DNA from: Octopus sinensis
Lineage: Eukaryota
Length of the DNA stretch: 64,000 bases
NCBI RefSeq assembly: GCF_006345805.1
Contig: NC_043001.1
Coordinates: 122,388,001-122,452,000 of the forward strand
Direction of reading: 5' to 3'
Shown here: piece by piece, positions 40,309 to 48,158 of the stretch
Numbering within the stretch: the stretch's first letter is position 1
Layout: each line of letters begins with the position of its first letter
Program-made: the position numbers and the translations under genes
The notes under the pieces: generated by a model
Told to the model about the DNA's origin: nothing
What the model saw: only the letters and a program-made list of their open reading frames with translations
Database searches by the model: none

Positions 40309-40391
40309 GATATATATATATTATATTATAATATATATATAATATATATATAATATATTATATATATAGACTTAATATATATATATATAAG

Positions 40392-40433
<42 letters not shown>

Positions 40434-40547
40434 ATATATATATATAAATATATATATATGATTATATATATAATAATATATATATAATATATATTATAGA
40501 TATATATATATATAAATATAGCTATAATATATATATATATAATAAAT

Positions 40548-40582
<35 letters not shown>

Positions 40583-40924
40583 AAATATATTAATATATAT
40601 ATTATAAATTATATATATATCAATATATCTATATATATCTAATATAATATAATCAAATATATATATATATATATATATCTATATAAATTATATATATATA
40701 TATATATATATCAATATATCTATCTATAAATATTATTATATCCTATTATATATATATATATAATATATAATATTATATATATAATATATAAATATATATA
40801 TTATAATAAATAATATTATATATATATATATATATATTAATATTATATATATATATATAATCTATAAATATAATATATATTATTATATATATATATATAT
40901 CTATATATAATGATATATATATAT

Positions 40925-40963
<39 letters not shown>

Positions 40964-41031
40964 TTATAATATATATATATATATATACTATATATAATAT
41001 ATATATATGAGCATAATATATATTATATATA

Positions 41032-41077
<46 letters not shown>

Positions 41078-41121
41078 TATATCTATATATATATTATATA
41101 TTATAGAATATATATATATAA

Positions 41122-41152
<31 letters not shown>

Positions 41153-41301
41153 GTATCTAAATATATATCTAAATATATAATTATAATTATATATATATTA
41201 TATATATATATATATATAAATATATATATTATCTATATATTATATATAATACTATATATATATCTATTAATATAAAATTATATATATAAAGTATATTTAT
41301 T

Positions 41302-41343
<42 letters not shown>

Positions 41344-41585
41344 TATATATATATAATCTATCTATATATATTATATATATAGATATATATAATATATATA
41401 TACATTATATATATATAGATAAATATATATATCTATATATATATATATTAATTAATATATTATTATAAGAAATATATTATAGCTAACATAAATATATTTA
41501 TCTATATATATAAATATATATATATATAGATTATTTTATATATATATATATAGATAGATACTATATTATATATATCTTATATATA

Positions 41586-41626
<41 letters not shown>

Positions 41627-42648
41627 TATATATATAAATTATAATATATATAATATATATATATATATATATAATATATAATAATATATATATATATATA
41701 TATATATCTGTAAATGTAATATGCGACAATTATTCGGTAGCCATGTTAAAACTCCGAGTTTCGGATGCCGAGGTGGAAATCCACGCCGCCATCTCTTCAG
41801 TTATCCGGCCATCTGAAAATATGCTATGAAAAATTACCGTTATACAAAAGGAAATTGCTGTGTGATTGACCGTTATTAAGACAAAAGAGCTATCTGAATG
41901 ACCGCTAAGTAAGGAAAGGGAGTAAAAGTAAGGGAAGGGAGTAAAAGTATGGAGATAAAAAGTTCATAGTATTCGCGTATGCGTGCATGTTCATACCTAC
42001 ACATGTGCGCCCGCACACCTACGTGCGTGCGCCTAGAAGTATACATTCATCCACCCTCACTTGAAAACGTACACATCCTTACTCTCACCATTCGCCAAAT
42101 GTATATGTATATACATACAAACCCACACACGCACACGCGCACCATAAAGGTTCATACATACGTCTATATACACACAAGCACAAGAAAAAACAGGGCTAAG
42201 GGTAACAATACAGAAAAAGGTATAAGGGAGTATACAAAGAGTAAACGACGTCTATATACGCATATACCCATATGCACGCACACACACACGCCTATATACG
42301 CACATACCCGCACACGTCTATATACGCGCACACACGCACGCACAAAAAGAATCATACATACGTCTATATGCACACATACACAAGAAAAAACAGGGCTAAA
42401 TGCAAAAATACAGGGAAAAATGTGAAATAATATTGAGTAAAATACGTCTATATACGCACGTACTCGCATGCACGCACACACGCACACATCCACACACGCG
42501 CAAAAGATTCCATATACACGTCTATATACGCACAGGGACTTTTATCATAACTACCGAATAACTGTCACATATTACATTTACAGATAAATTCCTCTATTTA
42601 CATAATATCGAGGTTTCTTTCTTTCTTTTGTTGTCTTACCATATTTAA

Positions 42649-42683
<35 letters not shown>

Positions 42684-42710
42684 GGGAGAGAGAGAGAGAG
42701 AGAGAGAGAG

Positions 42711-42757
<47 letters not shown>

Positions 42758-44436
42758 GGACACATTCTCATATATGTTGCTATAAAAACATCTCTGGTTA
42801 TTAGAGAAGGGCTTTGTTAGGGGAGATTTTCAGTTTTAATTTTTCTATTGTCGAAGATTCATAGTTTTGCCAATGGATTCAGACGTTGTTCGCAAACAGC
42901 TGCAGTAACTTTCTTCAGCTGAATACACGTCACTGATTGCTTAAAATTACCCAAATACGACATCTTTAACACGAAATAACATTTAAAATACAATATTTTA
43001 TCAAAAACGTTAAGAGTAAACCTTGTTCTATGTGACAGATTCAACCAGTATCCGAGGTTTCAAACTGTTTAGTTTAAAAAGCTTTTAAAATGTCTGTGAC
43101 TGAGATTAACAAGATCCATAATTTCTCTTTGAATATTTCAATATTTCTTCAATAGTAAGCAAACATTTTTTGCACATTTACTGATTGATACTGCGATCAC
43201 TTTTTACACATGTACTGTAAAGTGTCTTTTATAAGAATATTCCACAATGCATATTTCTAACCGAACATAAATTTTCAAAATATTGTTGTTTTTGTTTGAA
43301 TCATTTTATGTTGGTACGATTTATAACCCGCTCAATATCACTCTTGCCGACTGAAACAGTTACTTATCTCGTGTGATAACTACATTAGGCATTAAATCAC
43401 TTACCTGAACATAATCATCTTTAAAGATCAGCAAGTTTGGGTTGGGACCGAACCACAAGCACAGTATACCCTTTTCCCGGTATTCATCTACGTATCGCAT
43501 CAGATTTTTATAAACCACTGAAATAAAAACAAAATCTGAAGTTGATGTATGTATTTACAAACAAAGACGAAATAATGTGTCGGGTACCTTTGGGCTTACT
43601 CCAGAATGGTTCCTGGGGCGTCTAGTTGTATGAATAACTTGTTACAGTGCTAAAAATATCTGTTAATATTTTATGTTGAATAGTGAGTAATGTTATATTG
43701 CCCAAGTATTGTAACGCAATCGAATGTTGTTAAACGTTTAAATCTACAGTGTTGTTAAGCATCCGCTTGAAAAGTAATGGTACCTAAGAATTTATTTGAA
43801 TTAAATTTATTAAAGACTGAAAAGAATTGTCTTCGGTTTAACATTTCCAACGTAAGCCTTCCTTCACACAGAATTTAATTATTGTGAAATAATAAATAAA
43901 AATGTATCACGGTACCAGTGTAGGATTTAAAGGTTTTGCTTACATCGACCGTAAATGTAGGACCCTCTTTGTATTTAACTAGCTTGCTAGAAATAGCAGT
44001 CAAATTATATTCCAGTTACACGCTACCGTCTTGAAAAAAAATACTGAATAATGTATTCGTAGATATGAAATACCCGAGATAAAGACAGCTCCATATCTAG
44101 AACACATTTGATCAAAGATTCATTCAGTCACTGCTGACTGGAAGCAGTTAAACATTATCGTCATCATAAAGTCTAATATAAACACATGGTTCTCCGATAA
44201 AGAGGGAAGAATTGAGCGTGCAGATTTAAAACTGAAGATACAATTAATAAATTAAAGTGAAGTGAAAAACACAAACCCATATTATTTCCTCGGAGTCGTG
44301 GTACATCGCCGATTAGATGCCAACTCTTCATACATGGTACGTTCCCGTAGAGTTTTAGCTTTTTCAAATACCATTGTAGAAAATGTACAATGATGCAAGC
44401 AATTGTAACTAATAATATAGTAGAAGAGACCAACAT
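2274..44436 (-). CDS. Cytochrome P450, CYP4 clan (CYP4V-like), spliced coding exons 1-8; 3' exons lie left of the window
   Basis: Eight exons (160, 113, 86, 191, 61, 127, 171, 103 nt) with GT..AG introns and compatible phases join into 1012 nt with no stop: N-terminal membrane anchor, [34 protein letters not shown] (I-helix), [13 protein letters not shown]. Several exon sizes equal those I recall for vertebrate CYP4V2 (113, 86, 191, 127, 103). Confidence 0.92.
2862..3113 (+). mobile_element. tRNA-derived SINE, family A (ggcgagctggcagaaacg... head)
   Basis: A-box-like tggcagaaacg and B-box-like gagttcgaattcc; same ~240-bp sequence recurs many times in the window; first ~19 nt duplicated in tandem. 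Confidence 0.85.
3360..3600 (-). pseudogene. Probable Penelope-like GIY-YIG endonuclease C-terminal remnant
   Basis: ORF 3369..3587 contains [39 protein letters not shown], fitting the C.LCL.E...I......LN.R.E....C.H..K.LL tail of Penelope-like proteins; judged by eye. Confidence 0.45.
3982..4152 (-). CDS. CYP4-like exon 7 (IIDDRS...[11 protein letters not shown]...[12 protein letters not shown])
   Basis: Acceptor ttttttatAG at 4154-4153, donor GTaagt at 3981; 171 nt, phase 0-0; matches the LD.L...IREEV.TF.F region. Confidence 0.9.
4205..4400 (-). mobile_element. SINE family A, variant 3' tail
   Basis: Reverse complement of the family A core (gaaaggatgaaaggcaaagtcgacctcggcagaatttgaactcag). 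Confidence 0.8.
4446..4800. repeat. Compound (TACC)n/(TACA)n/(CA)n microsatellite
   Basis: Directly visible; explains ORF 4433..4819. Confidence 0.95.
4815..5580 (-). mobile_element. Possible degenerate non-autonomous Helitron fragment
   Basis: Minus strand at ~4850-4820 reads ctcgggaaacgccaggctacactg, resembling the Helitron 3' hairpin seen at 5636-5663; 5445-5500 resembles the Helitron 3' UTR at 5670-5720. No CTAG end. Confidence 0.35.
5636..11649 (-). mobile_element. Near full-length autonomous-type Helitron (inactivated)
   Basis: 3' end: hairpin cccgggcaacgctgag then CTAG (5639-5636) followed by T, inside (TA)n. Rep-helicase coding region inside. 5' end at a (TA)n-taaacggcagtttgtctgtg motif near 11640, with the terminal TC not visible. 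Confidence 0.9.
5758..10555 (-). pseudogene. Helitron Rep/PIF1 helicase (RepHel), frameshifted
   Basis: ATG at 10555 (MPPKKRR). Motifs in order: Zn motif [18 protein letters not shown], Rep motif 1 [14 protein letters not shown] motif [23 protein letters not shown], Walker [32 protein letters not shown], and [11 protein letters not shown]. The in-frame TAG at 6043 is followed by [26 protein letters not shown]. Confidence 0.95.
11705..12270. repeat. Diverged tandem dimer of a ~290-bp unit with internal sub-repeats
   Basis: aaatttccgagg...gtagc.tattagga.gtcacaggaattcattcaacgaaa...gaataagggatttg.agcatattaggaggtc occurs at ~11709 and ~12000. Confidence 0.7.
12895..13392 (-). repeat. Unclassified ~500-bp interspersed repeat ending in (TAA)n
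   Basis: Complex, non-coding segment with a short simple-repeat terminus between two other elements; family not established from the window alone. Confidence 0.35.
13440..15160 (+). mobile_element. R4/Dong-like non-LTR retrotransposon 3' half (RT end, CCHC finger, RLE) with (TAA/GAT)n tail
   Basis: HLLFM..DLKLY (~13563); [17 protein letters not shown]; [12 protein letters not shown]; [21 protein letters not shown]; [31 protein letters not shown] (~15025). Confidence 0.85.
15214..15340 (-). CDS. CYP4-like exon 6 ([22 protein letters not shown]...HSIINK)
   Basis: Acceptor atttttAG at 15342-15341, donor GTaggc at 15213; 127 nt, phase 2 to 0; R...PWLW.D motif. Confidence 0.92.
15530..15860 (-). 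mobile_element. Adjacent SINE family B fragment and SINE family A copy
   Basis: Reverse complements of family B (cf. 18378-18530) and family A sequences. Confidence 0.75.
16380..17830 (+). mobile_element. CR1-group LINE remnant with RT ORF
   Basis: ORF 16675..17550: [53 protein letters not shown]; continues [21 protein letters not shown] in ORF 17526. Confidence 0.9.
18378..18808 (+). mobile_element. tRNA-derived SINE family B (CORE-like ccttgggcaagtg motif, internal microsatellite)
   Basis: A-box tggctgtgtggtaa, B-box-like ggttcattccc, and a (aaagagt) tail that also occurs at 17830-17885. Confidence 0.85.
19519..19579 (-). CDS. CYP4-like exon 5 ([20 protein letters not shown])
   Basis: Acceptor aatttcAG at 19581-19580, donor GTgtgt at 19518; 61 nt, phase 1 to 2, bridging exons 4 and 6 in frame; cf. 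ETAMG...EY. Confidence 0.82.
20330..21965 (+). mobile_element. Degraded hAT-like DNA transposon (DUF659/CGGBP1-like transposase)
   Basis: Frameshifted [29 protein letters not shown] (~21245-21345), PSQPVVT..G (~21455) and [10 protein letters not shown] (~21868); ~27-bp sub-repeats tatcgtttaaatttgt at 20345-20450. TIRs not found. Confidence 0.6.
22189..22379 (-). CDS. CYP4-like exon 4 ([21 protein letters not shown]...FLHSTIT)
   Basis: Acceptor attttcAG at 22381-22380, donor GTaggt at 22188; 191 nt, phase 2 to 1; aligns with W...RK.LTP.FHF.IL. Confidence 0.9.
23637..23857 (+). repeat. 5' LTR (221 bp)
   Basis: Differs from the 3' LTR by 10 substitutions and one 6-bp indel (hand alignment). 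Confidence 0.95.
23858..23870 (+). promoter_or_regulatory. Primer binding site TGGTGGCAGTGGT, complementary to a tRNA-Leu 3' end
   Basis: Immediately follows the 5' LTR; its reverse complement ACCACTGCCACCA matches the 3' end I recall for metazoan tRNA-Leu(TAG). Confidence 0.8.
23983..27913 (+). pseudogene. gag-pol with stops and frameshifts
   Basis: Zn knuckle [14 protein letters not shown], protease [22 protein letters not shown], RNase [18 protein letters not shown], integrase [21 protein letters not shown]; premature stops at ~24310, 25486, 25876, 26510 and 27245. Confidence 0.93.
28386..28612 (+). repeat. 3' LTR (227 bp), preceded by polypurine tract aagaagaaggga (28374-28385)
   Basis: Direct repeat of 23637-23857. 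Confidence 0.95.
28640..29580 (-). mobile_element. Heavily degraded RTE-clade LINE (APE and RT fragments)
   Basis: Minus-strand frames give [26 protein letters not shown] (APE region) and [12 protein letters not shown]...[10 protein letters not shown] (cf. DMIF..RQLQEK...AFIDLTKAFD). Confidence 0.55.
29955..30118. mobile_element. 164-bp MITE with perfect 21-bp TIRs and TA flanks (Tc1/mariner type)
   Basis: GCAGTTAAACCACTTATAGCT (29955-29975) and its exact reverse complement (30098-30118); TA at 29953-54 and 30119-20. Confidence 0.7.
30326..30411 (-). CDS. CYP4-like exon 3 ([29 protein letters not shown])
   Basis: Acceptor ccttttAG at 30413-30412, donor GTaagt at 30325; 86 nt, phase 0 to 2; DK...YKFL.PWLG.G motif. 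Confidence 0.95.
30625..30862. repeat. ~240-bp imperfect palindrome (fold-back element)
   Basis: tttataagtcatttaaaaacaca.../...tgtgtttttaaatggcttataaa, paired inward to gacaaaattcc-agcac-ggaattttgtc, centre ~30743. Confidence 0.8.
30855..31241 (+). mobile_element. Non-autonomous Helitron
   Basis: Ends cccaagcaacgccgggcgatactgCTAG|T (31238-31241); start tataaagctgaagttgtctgtgt resembles the 5' end at 36098; TC terminus lost. Confidence 0.7.
31505..31712 (+). mobile_element. SINE family A
   Basis: Matches the other family A copies. Confidence 0.8.
31740..32420 (+). mobile_element. Two R4/Dong-like 3' (RLE) fragments separated by (TAA)n
   Basis: [13 protein letters not shown]...[12 protein letters not shown] and [34 protein letters not shown]. 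Confidence 0.7.
33014..34430 (-). mobile_element. Tc1-family DNA transposon, IR/DR type, only one TIR present
   Basis: TA|CAGTTGCGGCCAAAATTTTCGGAACGG at 33012-33040, with an inner direct repeat at 33213-33234; no inverted counterpart found upstream of the ORF. Confidence 0.85.
33285..34299 (-). pseudogene. Tc1 transposase DD34E with one C-terminal frameshift
   Basis: 316-aa ORF with GRPRK, FSDESKF, QDNAPCH and SPDLNPIEN (34 residues D to E); the native tail [34 protein letters not shown] is in another frame after ~33390. Confidence 0.92.
34625..35040 (+). mobile_element. Possible Helitron-derived 5' fragment
   Basis: Starts A|TCtcttattataaaaggcag directly after (TA)n, like Helitron 5' ends; no CTRR end found. 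Confidence 0.3.
35488..36078 (+). mobile_element. Truncated mariner element (5' half), same family as 49965-51196
   Basis: TIR part taatgcggttttttcaa; [45 protein letters not shown]; truncated near 36078. Confidence 0.85.
36098..36723 (+). mobile_element. Complete non-autonomous Helitron (626 bp)
   Basis: A|TC at 36097/36098; 3' hairpin cccgagcaacgccggg then CTAG (36720-36723)|T. Confidence 0.85.
36724..37197. repeat. Degenerate (TA)n microsatellite
   Basis: Directly visible; explains the YIYI ORFs. Confidence 0.95.
37531..37626 (+). ncRNA. Type I hammerhead ribozyme, copy 1 (cleavage after GUC 37613)
   Basis: Stem I CAGAUAGUUUUGG/CCAAAAUAAUCUG (12 of 13 paired); core CUGACGA 37544-50; stem II GCUA/UAGC; GAAA 37602-05; stem III AC-AAUU-GU; C17. 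Confidence 0.9.
38064..38159 (+). ncRNA. Type I hammerhead ribozyme, copy 2 (cleavage after 38146)
   Basis: Identical motif to copy 1. Confidence 0.9.
38599..38694 (+). ncRNA. Type I hammerhead ribozyme, copy 3 (cleavage after 38681)
   Basis: Same core; one substitution in the U-run of the stem II insert. Confidence 0.9.
39134..39229 (+). ncRNA. Type I hammerhead ribozyme, copy 4 (cleavage after 39216)
   Basis: Identical motif to copy 1. Confidence 0.9.
39378..41704. repeat. ~2.3-kb degenerate (TA)n tract
   Basis: Directly visible; irregularities may partly be sequencing or assembly noise. Confidence 0.95.
41705..42645 (-). mobile_element. Non-autonomous Penelope-like element with inverted terminal duplication
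   Basis: 41705-41740 and 42551-42586 are 36-bp inverted repeats (2 mismatches); internal cgtctatatacgcac sub-repeats; HHR-like motif; (TA)n on both sides. Confidence 0.6.
41738..41811 (-). ncRNA. Type I hammerhead-like motif (imperfect)
   Basis: Minus strand: UGGCC GGA UAA CUGAAGA GAUG...CAUC C GAAA CUCGGAG UU / UUA ACAU GGCUA. Core intact, one extra C before GAAA, GUU cleavage triplet. Confidence 0.55.
43405..43517 (-). CDS. CYP4-like exon 2 ([37 protein letters not shown])
   Basis: Acceptor tttatttcAG at 43519-43518, donor GTaagt at 43404; 113 nt, phase 1 to 0. Confidence 0.93.
44277..44436 (-). CDS. CYP4-like exon 1 (membrane anchor [26 protein letters not shown]...WHLIG)
   Basis: ATG at 44436; hydrophobic anchor, basic patch and P..W.LIG; donor GTttgt at 44276; 160 nt, phase 1. 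Confidence 0.85.
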
Positions 44437-44711
44437 GGTAACACCTCACACGGTTAGATACAGTGTTAACTGTAATGATTTAGGACAACTTCTGCTTCAG
44501 TTAGGAAGTCAGAACATCGGAACGCAATGATACGCTTGGCAGAATAAAAATAACTCATTTACATGTCAATTGGTTTCATACAATAGTAATGTTTCAAATT
44601 ATGATACAATTCGAGGGAGGGGTAATTCGATAACATATTAACTCTTACTTCTTTTATCGATCTTGAAAGGATGAAAGGCAAAACCAACTTCGGTGGTATT
44701 TCAACACAAAC

Positions 44712-45140
44712 AAGGCGGCGAGCTGGCAGAAACGTTAGCACGCCGGGCGAAATGCTTTGCGGTATTTCGTCTGCCGTTACATTCTGAGTTCAAATTCCGC
44801 CGAGGTCGACTTTGCCTTTCATCCTTTCGGGGCCGATTAAATAAGTACCAGTTATGCACTGGGGTCGATATAATCGACTTAATCCGTTTGTCTGTCCTTG
44901 TTTGTCCTCTGTGTTTAGCCCCTTGTGGGTAATAAAGAAATAGAAATAGGTATTTCGTCTGCCGTTACGTTCTGAGTTCAAATTCCGCCGAGGTCGACTT
45001 TGCCTTTCATCCTTTCGGGGTCGATAAATTAAGTACCAGTTACACACTGGGGTCGATATAATCGTCTTAATCCGTTTGTCTGTCCTTGTTTGTTCCCTCT
45101 GTGTGTAGCCCCTTGTGGGTAGTAAAGAAATAGGTATTTC
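44712..45140 (+). mobile_element. Head-to-tail SINE family A dimer
   Basis: Full copy 44712-44945, then a 5'-truncated copy bounded by 14-bp direct repeats gaaataggtatttc (44943-44956, 45127-45140). Confidence 0.85.
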
Positions 45141-45185
45141 AAGACAAACTTCATATGTACCCCTGCAGGCAAATATTTGTGTGTG

Positions 45186-45271
<86 letters not shown>

Positions 45272-45344
45272 TGTGTGTACTGTATGCAGTTAACAGTTGA
45301 GATCTAGAGAAAAGTAAAAATGAAAATATTCAAAAGATCAATAA

Positions 45345-45698
45345 TAGGTTGTCCCGAAAGTTCTGAGCGTTTTTTAAGCTAAATCATTTAATGCTTCATT
45401 AAAAACACCTGAAACGTAACACAGTTAAAACTTTGGCATTGCTAGAAGTGATAGAGCATCTCTTCTCCGTTCCTGACTAAGAATAGATTTATCTTTCTTT
45501 CCAGTTACCCTTTATTGACATTTGAAATAGAAAACCATATATTTCATATTCCCATTGTAATACTTAAAAAAAAAGAGAGAGAGAGAGAAAATTCTGCAAA
45601 GACTTGCAAAAGCATTTGTAGAGTTTATGGTGATGCTACTGTCGGTCAATCAACTGTTCGGAGGTGGTTTGCAAAATCTAAAGCTGGAAAGTTTAGAT
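45345..45698 (+). mobile_element. mariner 5' fragment (TIR and N-terminal HTH)
   Basis: taggttgtcccgaaagttc TIR-like start; SAKTCKSICRVYGDATVGQSTVRRWFAK. Confidence 0.65.
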
Positions 45699-45837
45699 TC
45701 TGCCAGCTCGCCGCCTTAATTTCGAAAGCATTATCTTCAAGATGTAATGTTAGGAAGTACCAGTCCTATTGCAGTAATATGTAATTCAGGCCATAGCCTA
45801 ATAAAAACAGGACACCGAACACCGGCTGTAGATAAGA

Positions 45838-47500
45838 TTTATTTCTTTATTACCCACAAGGGGCAAATATAGAGGGGACAGTATAAAACGTGTAGGGACA
45901 AAAGACGAATGAAAGAAAAATGAAAGAAAAATGAAAAGATTAATGAAACCTTTTGGCCCAACCTCCGAGCGACTGCATTTATTCTTTTAATACGATCTTA
46001 AATGCAATCAAACCCCATCTGTCGGTAGAATGTCAATATTGAAATATCTCGGAGATTACGATAGTTTATATACTTTGGTACTTGACTGGTGTCCATTGTC
46101 TTCTCCCAGTATTCAAAGTCTTTATTGCAGTTAACCATTTTTGACATTTGATCCCGCTTTGCCAGCACACAATTATAATGCCATGGTATACTACTATAAT
46201 CTGCCGCATTAACTGTTATTGCATCCTCCCGAGTATTTATCTCGTTGTATAGGTCTTTATTTAAATCCTCGTATATCACTACGTATTTTGTTTTTTCCCA
46301 AGTTGAGGGAGGAGAGTTTTGGGGCTCCTGTATGTTTGTGTTTTTCTTTGTGTCGGTGGGGTGTGGGAAGGGTTAGCGTCTGTAGGGGGAGGATGGGGCA
46401 AAGTGGGTGTGGGTGGATTTTGGGTGGGTTTAGGATGGGGGTCGACATCCACAGGGTGTACCTTTTCATCTTTTTTCTCTGTTTCCTTCAGACCGTTTCC
46501 CAATCATATCCTTCGTTGTTTACTTCTTCCTCAGCACTTGAGTTTTCTTTTGTTGGTGTTGGAGGTGCGACTTCCTCCTTGCTTACGGGTTTTTCTTGAG
46601 GTTTTTCGGGCGGCGGAAGACAGTCCGCACTCATGTTGCCTTTTAGGCCACACTTGTAGCAACACGGGGTCCTGTCCGCCACTCTGATCTTCTATAGAGA
46701 TAGTTCATACAATATTTTTAAGGTCCTCCGGTGCCGCCAGGGTAATCATATCCAGGCTCTGCCCTTGCCAATTCTTATGAGCTGTTCTTGTGGCTTGGAG
46801 GACCACTATCTTATCTTCATTGCCCAGCAGTATGACAGCTACTAGCCAGGCTACGTCAATCTCTGGTGGTTCATCTACCCTAACACTGAAAGCACGTCTC
46901 CCAAGGTATAGGGATAGAAGTACAAATTCTCTGTCTTTAATGGGGTTGCCGAATATAACCTGGCAATAGCTACCTCTCGGAAATGTACCTACACTGTTCC
47001 GAACTTCATTCCTCTGGCAAGGTACGAAAATCCTTACCAAAGTGGTTTCAAGGCTTTTTCTACTTGCGTGGTCGTCATTTTTCCGATTTTCTTTGTTTTC
47101 ATGGAGTACGTCCTATATATTATAGTTTTCTCCTTGGTAGTTTTCAAAATTCCTTGGGAAATGGACACCTTTGCGTCGCACTCCTCCTAGAAAGCATGTT
47201 TTTATATTTGCTAAGTTTTGTTAGTTCGACTTCATTACTGTGGCTCTTGGCGATAGCCGCAAATTTCTTTTCTTCACCTGCTCTTCCTTTACTTCGACAC
47301 ACCTCAATAGTTCCTCCTCAGAAGACGTAAGCCCCGTGGAGGTGAGGCTTTCGTACTCCATCGTTAATACATGTGCTACCCACTTCTGCGAAGGGAGAAA
47401 GCAGCAACAGACTGCTGTCAGGCAGTAAAACAAGTGTAACAAAGTGTTTAAAAAGCACCAAATAATTTTAACAATAAACGATTCAACACGTACGTCAATA
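45838..47500 (-). mobile_element. ORF1-only (HAL1-like) non-autonomous L1/Tx1-clade retroelement
   Basis: 12-bp TSD CTGTAGATAAGA at 45826-45837 and 47501-47512. Broken ORF1 from ATG 47361 to stop 45998 with PPEI..W, WQGQS and CYKCG knuckle homologous to ORF1 at 54939-56213. Only ~160 nt of 3' UTR, with no ORF2. Confidence 0.8.
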
Positions 47501-47724
47501 CTGTAGATAAGACTAGTTTGAAAAAAAACATTTATTGTAGCAAAACTATTTACAGCAGGTTTTGTAGATAGGAAAAGAATCAATCAGAATTAACCATCAT
47601 ACAAACGTGCACACGCGATAGACTGAATTACACATAACACGTAGTCGTAAGTTCAAGTTGTAACAAATGTAAAGTAACAATTTCGAATCCAGGAAAAGCT
47701 ACACTTCATGTCAATACTGCCATC

Positions 47725-48158
47725 GGATCTTTTCGGTTTGAACGGCAGTTTTTTTCTAGCGGTGTCATATGAAATTGTCCCCCATAATTATAACCCTAGT
47801 ATCGATCTGTTGCATTTCAATCTTTTTTAGGGTTAAGGTTAGTTAGGGTTAGGGTTAGGGGTGGGGGGAAGGGTATCTTTTTTTTCTTCATAAATGTAAA
47901 TAAACCCAATCTGTTTCTTAAACGAGGGACATATTCATACGGCACAGAATGTTTTCACCTCAATAGACGTCATTGATTGGTTAAAATTGCAGAAATTGAA
48001 GGAAAAAAACAACAAATATCTTACAAACTATAAAATTTTCTCAGTAAAGCCAAGAGAAAAAGATGTTTTATAAACACATTCTACCAGTATACGAAGCTTA
48101 AAAGTGTTTAGTTACGTGGAAATTATTTTAAAATCTACCGTTCAAACCGAATAGATCC
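47725..48158. mobile_element. hAT-type MITE (434 bp) carrying TTAGGG repeats
   Basis: ~29-bp imperfect TIRs ggatcttttcggtttgaacggcag.../...ctaccgttcaaaccgaatagatcc; 8-bp TSD ctgccatc (47717-24) / ctgccacc (48159-66). Confidence 0.8.

Noticed and set aside
47828-47860. True telomere or chromosome fusion scar
   Set aside because: Only ~5 imperfect units, enclosed within a TIR/TSD-bounded MITE.
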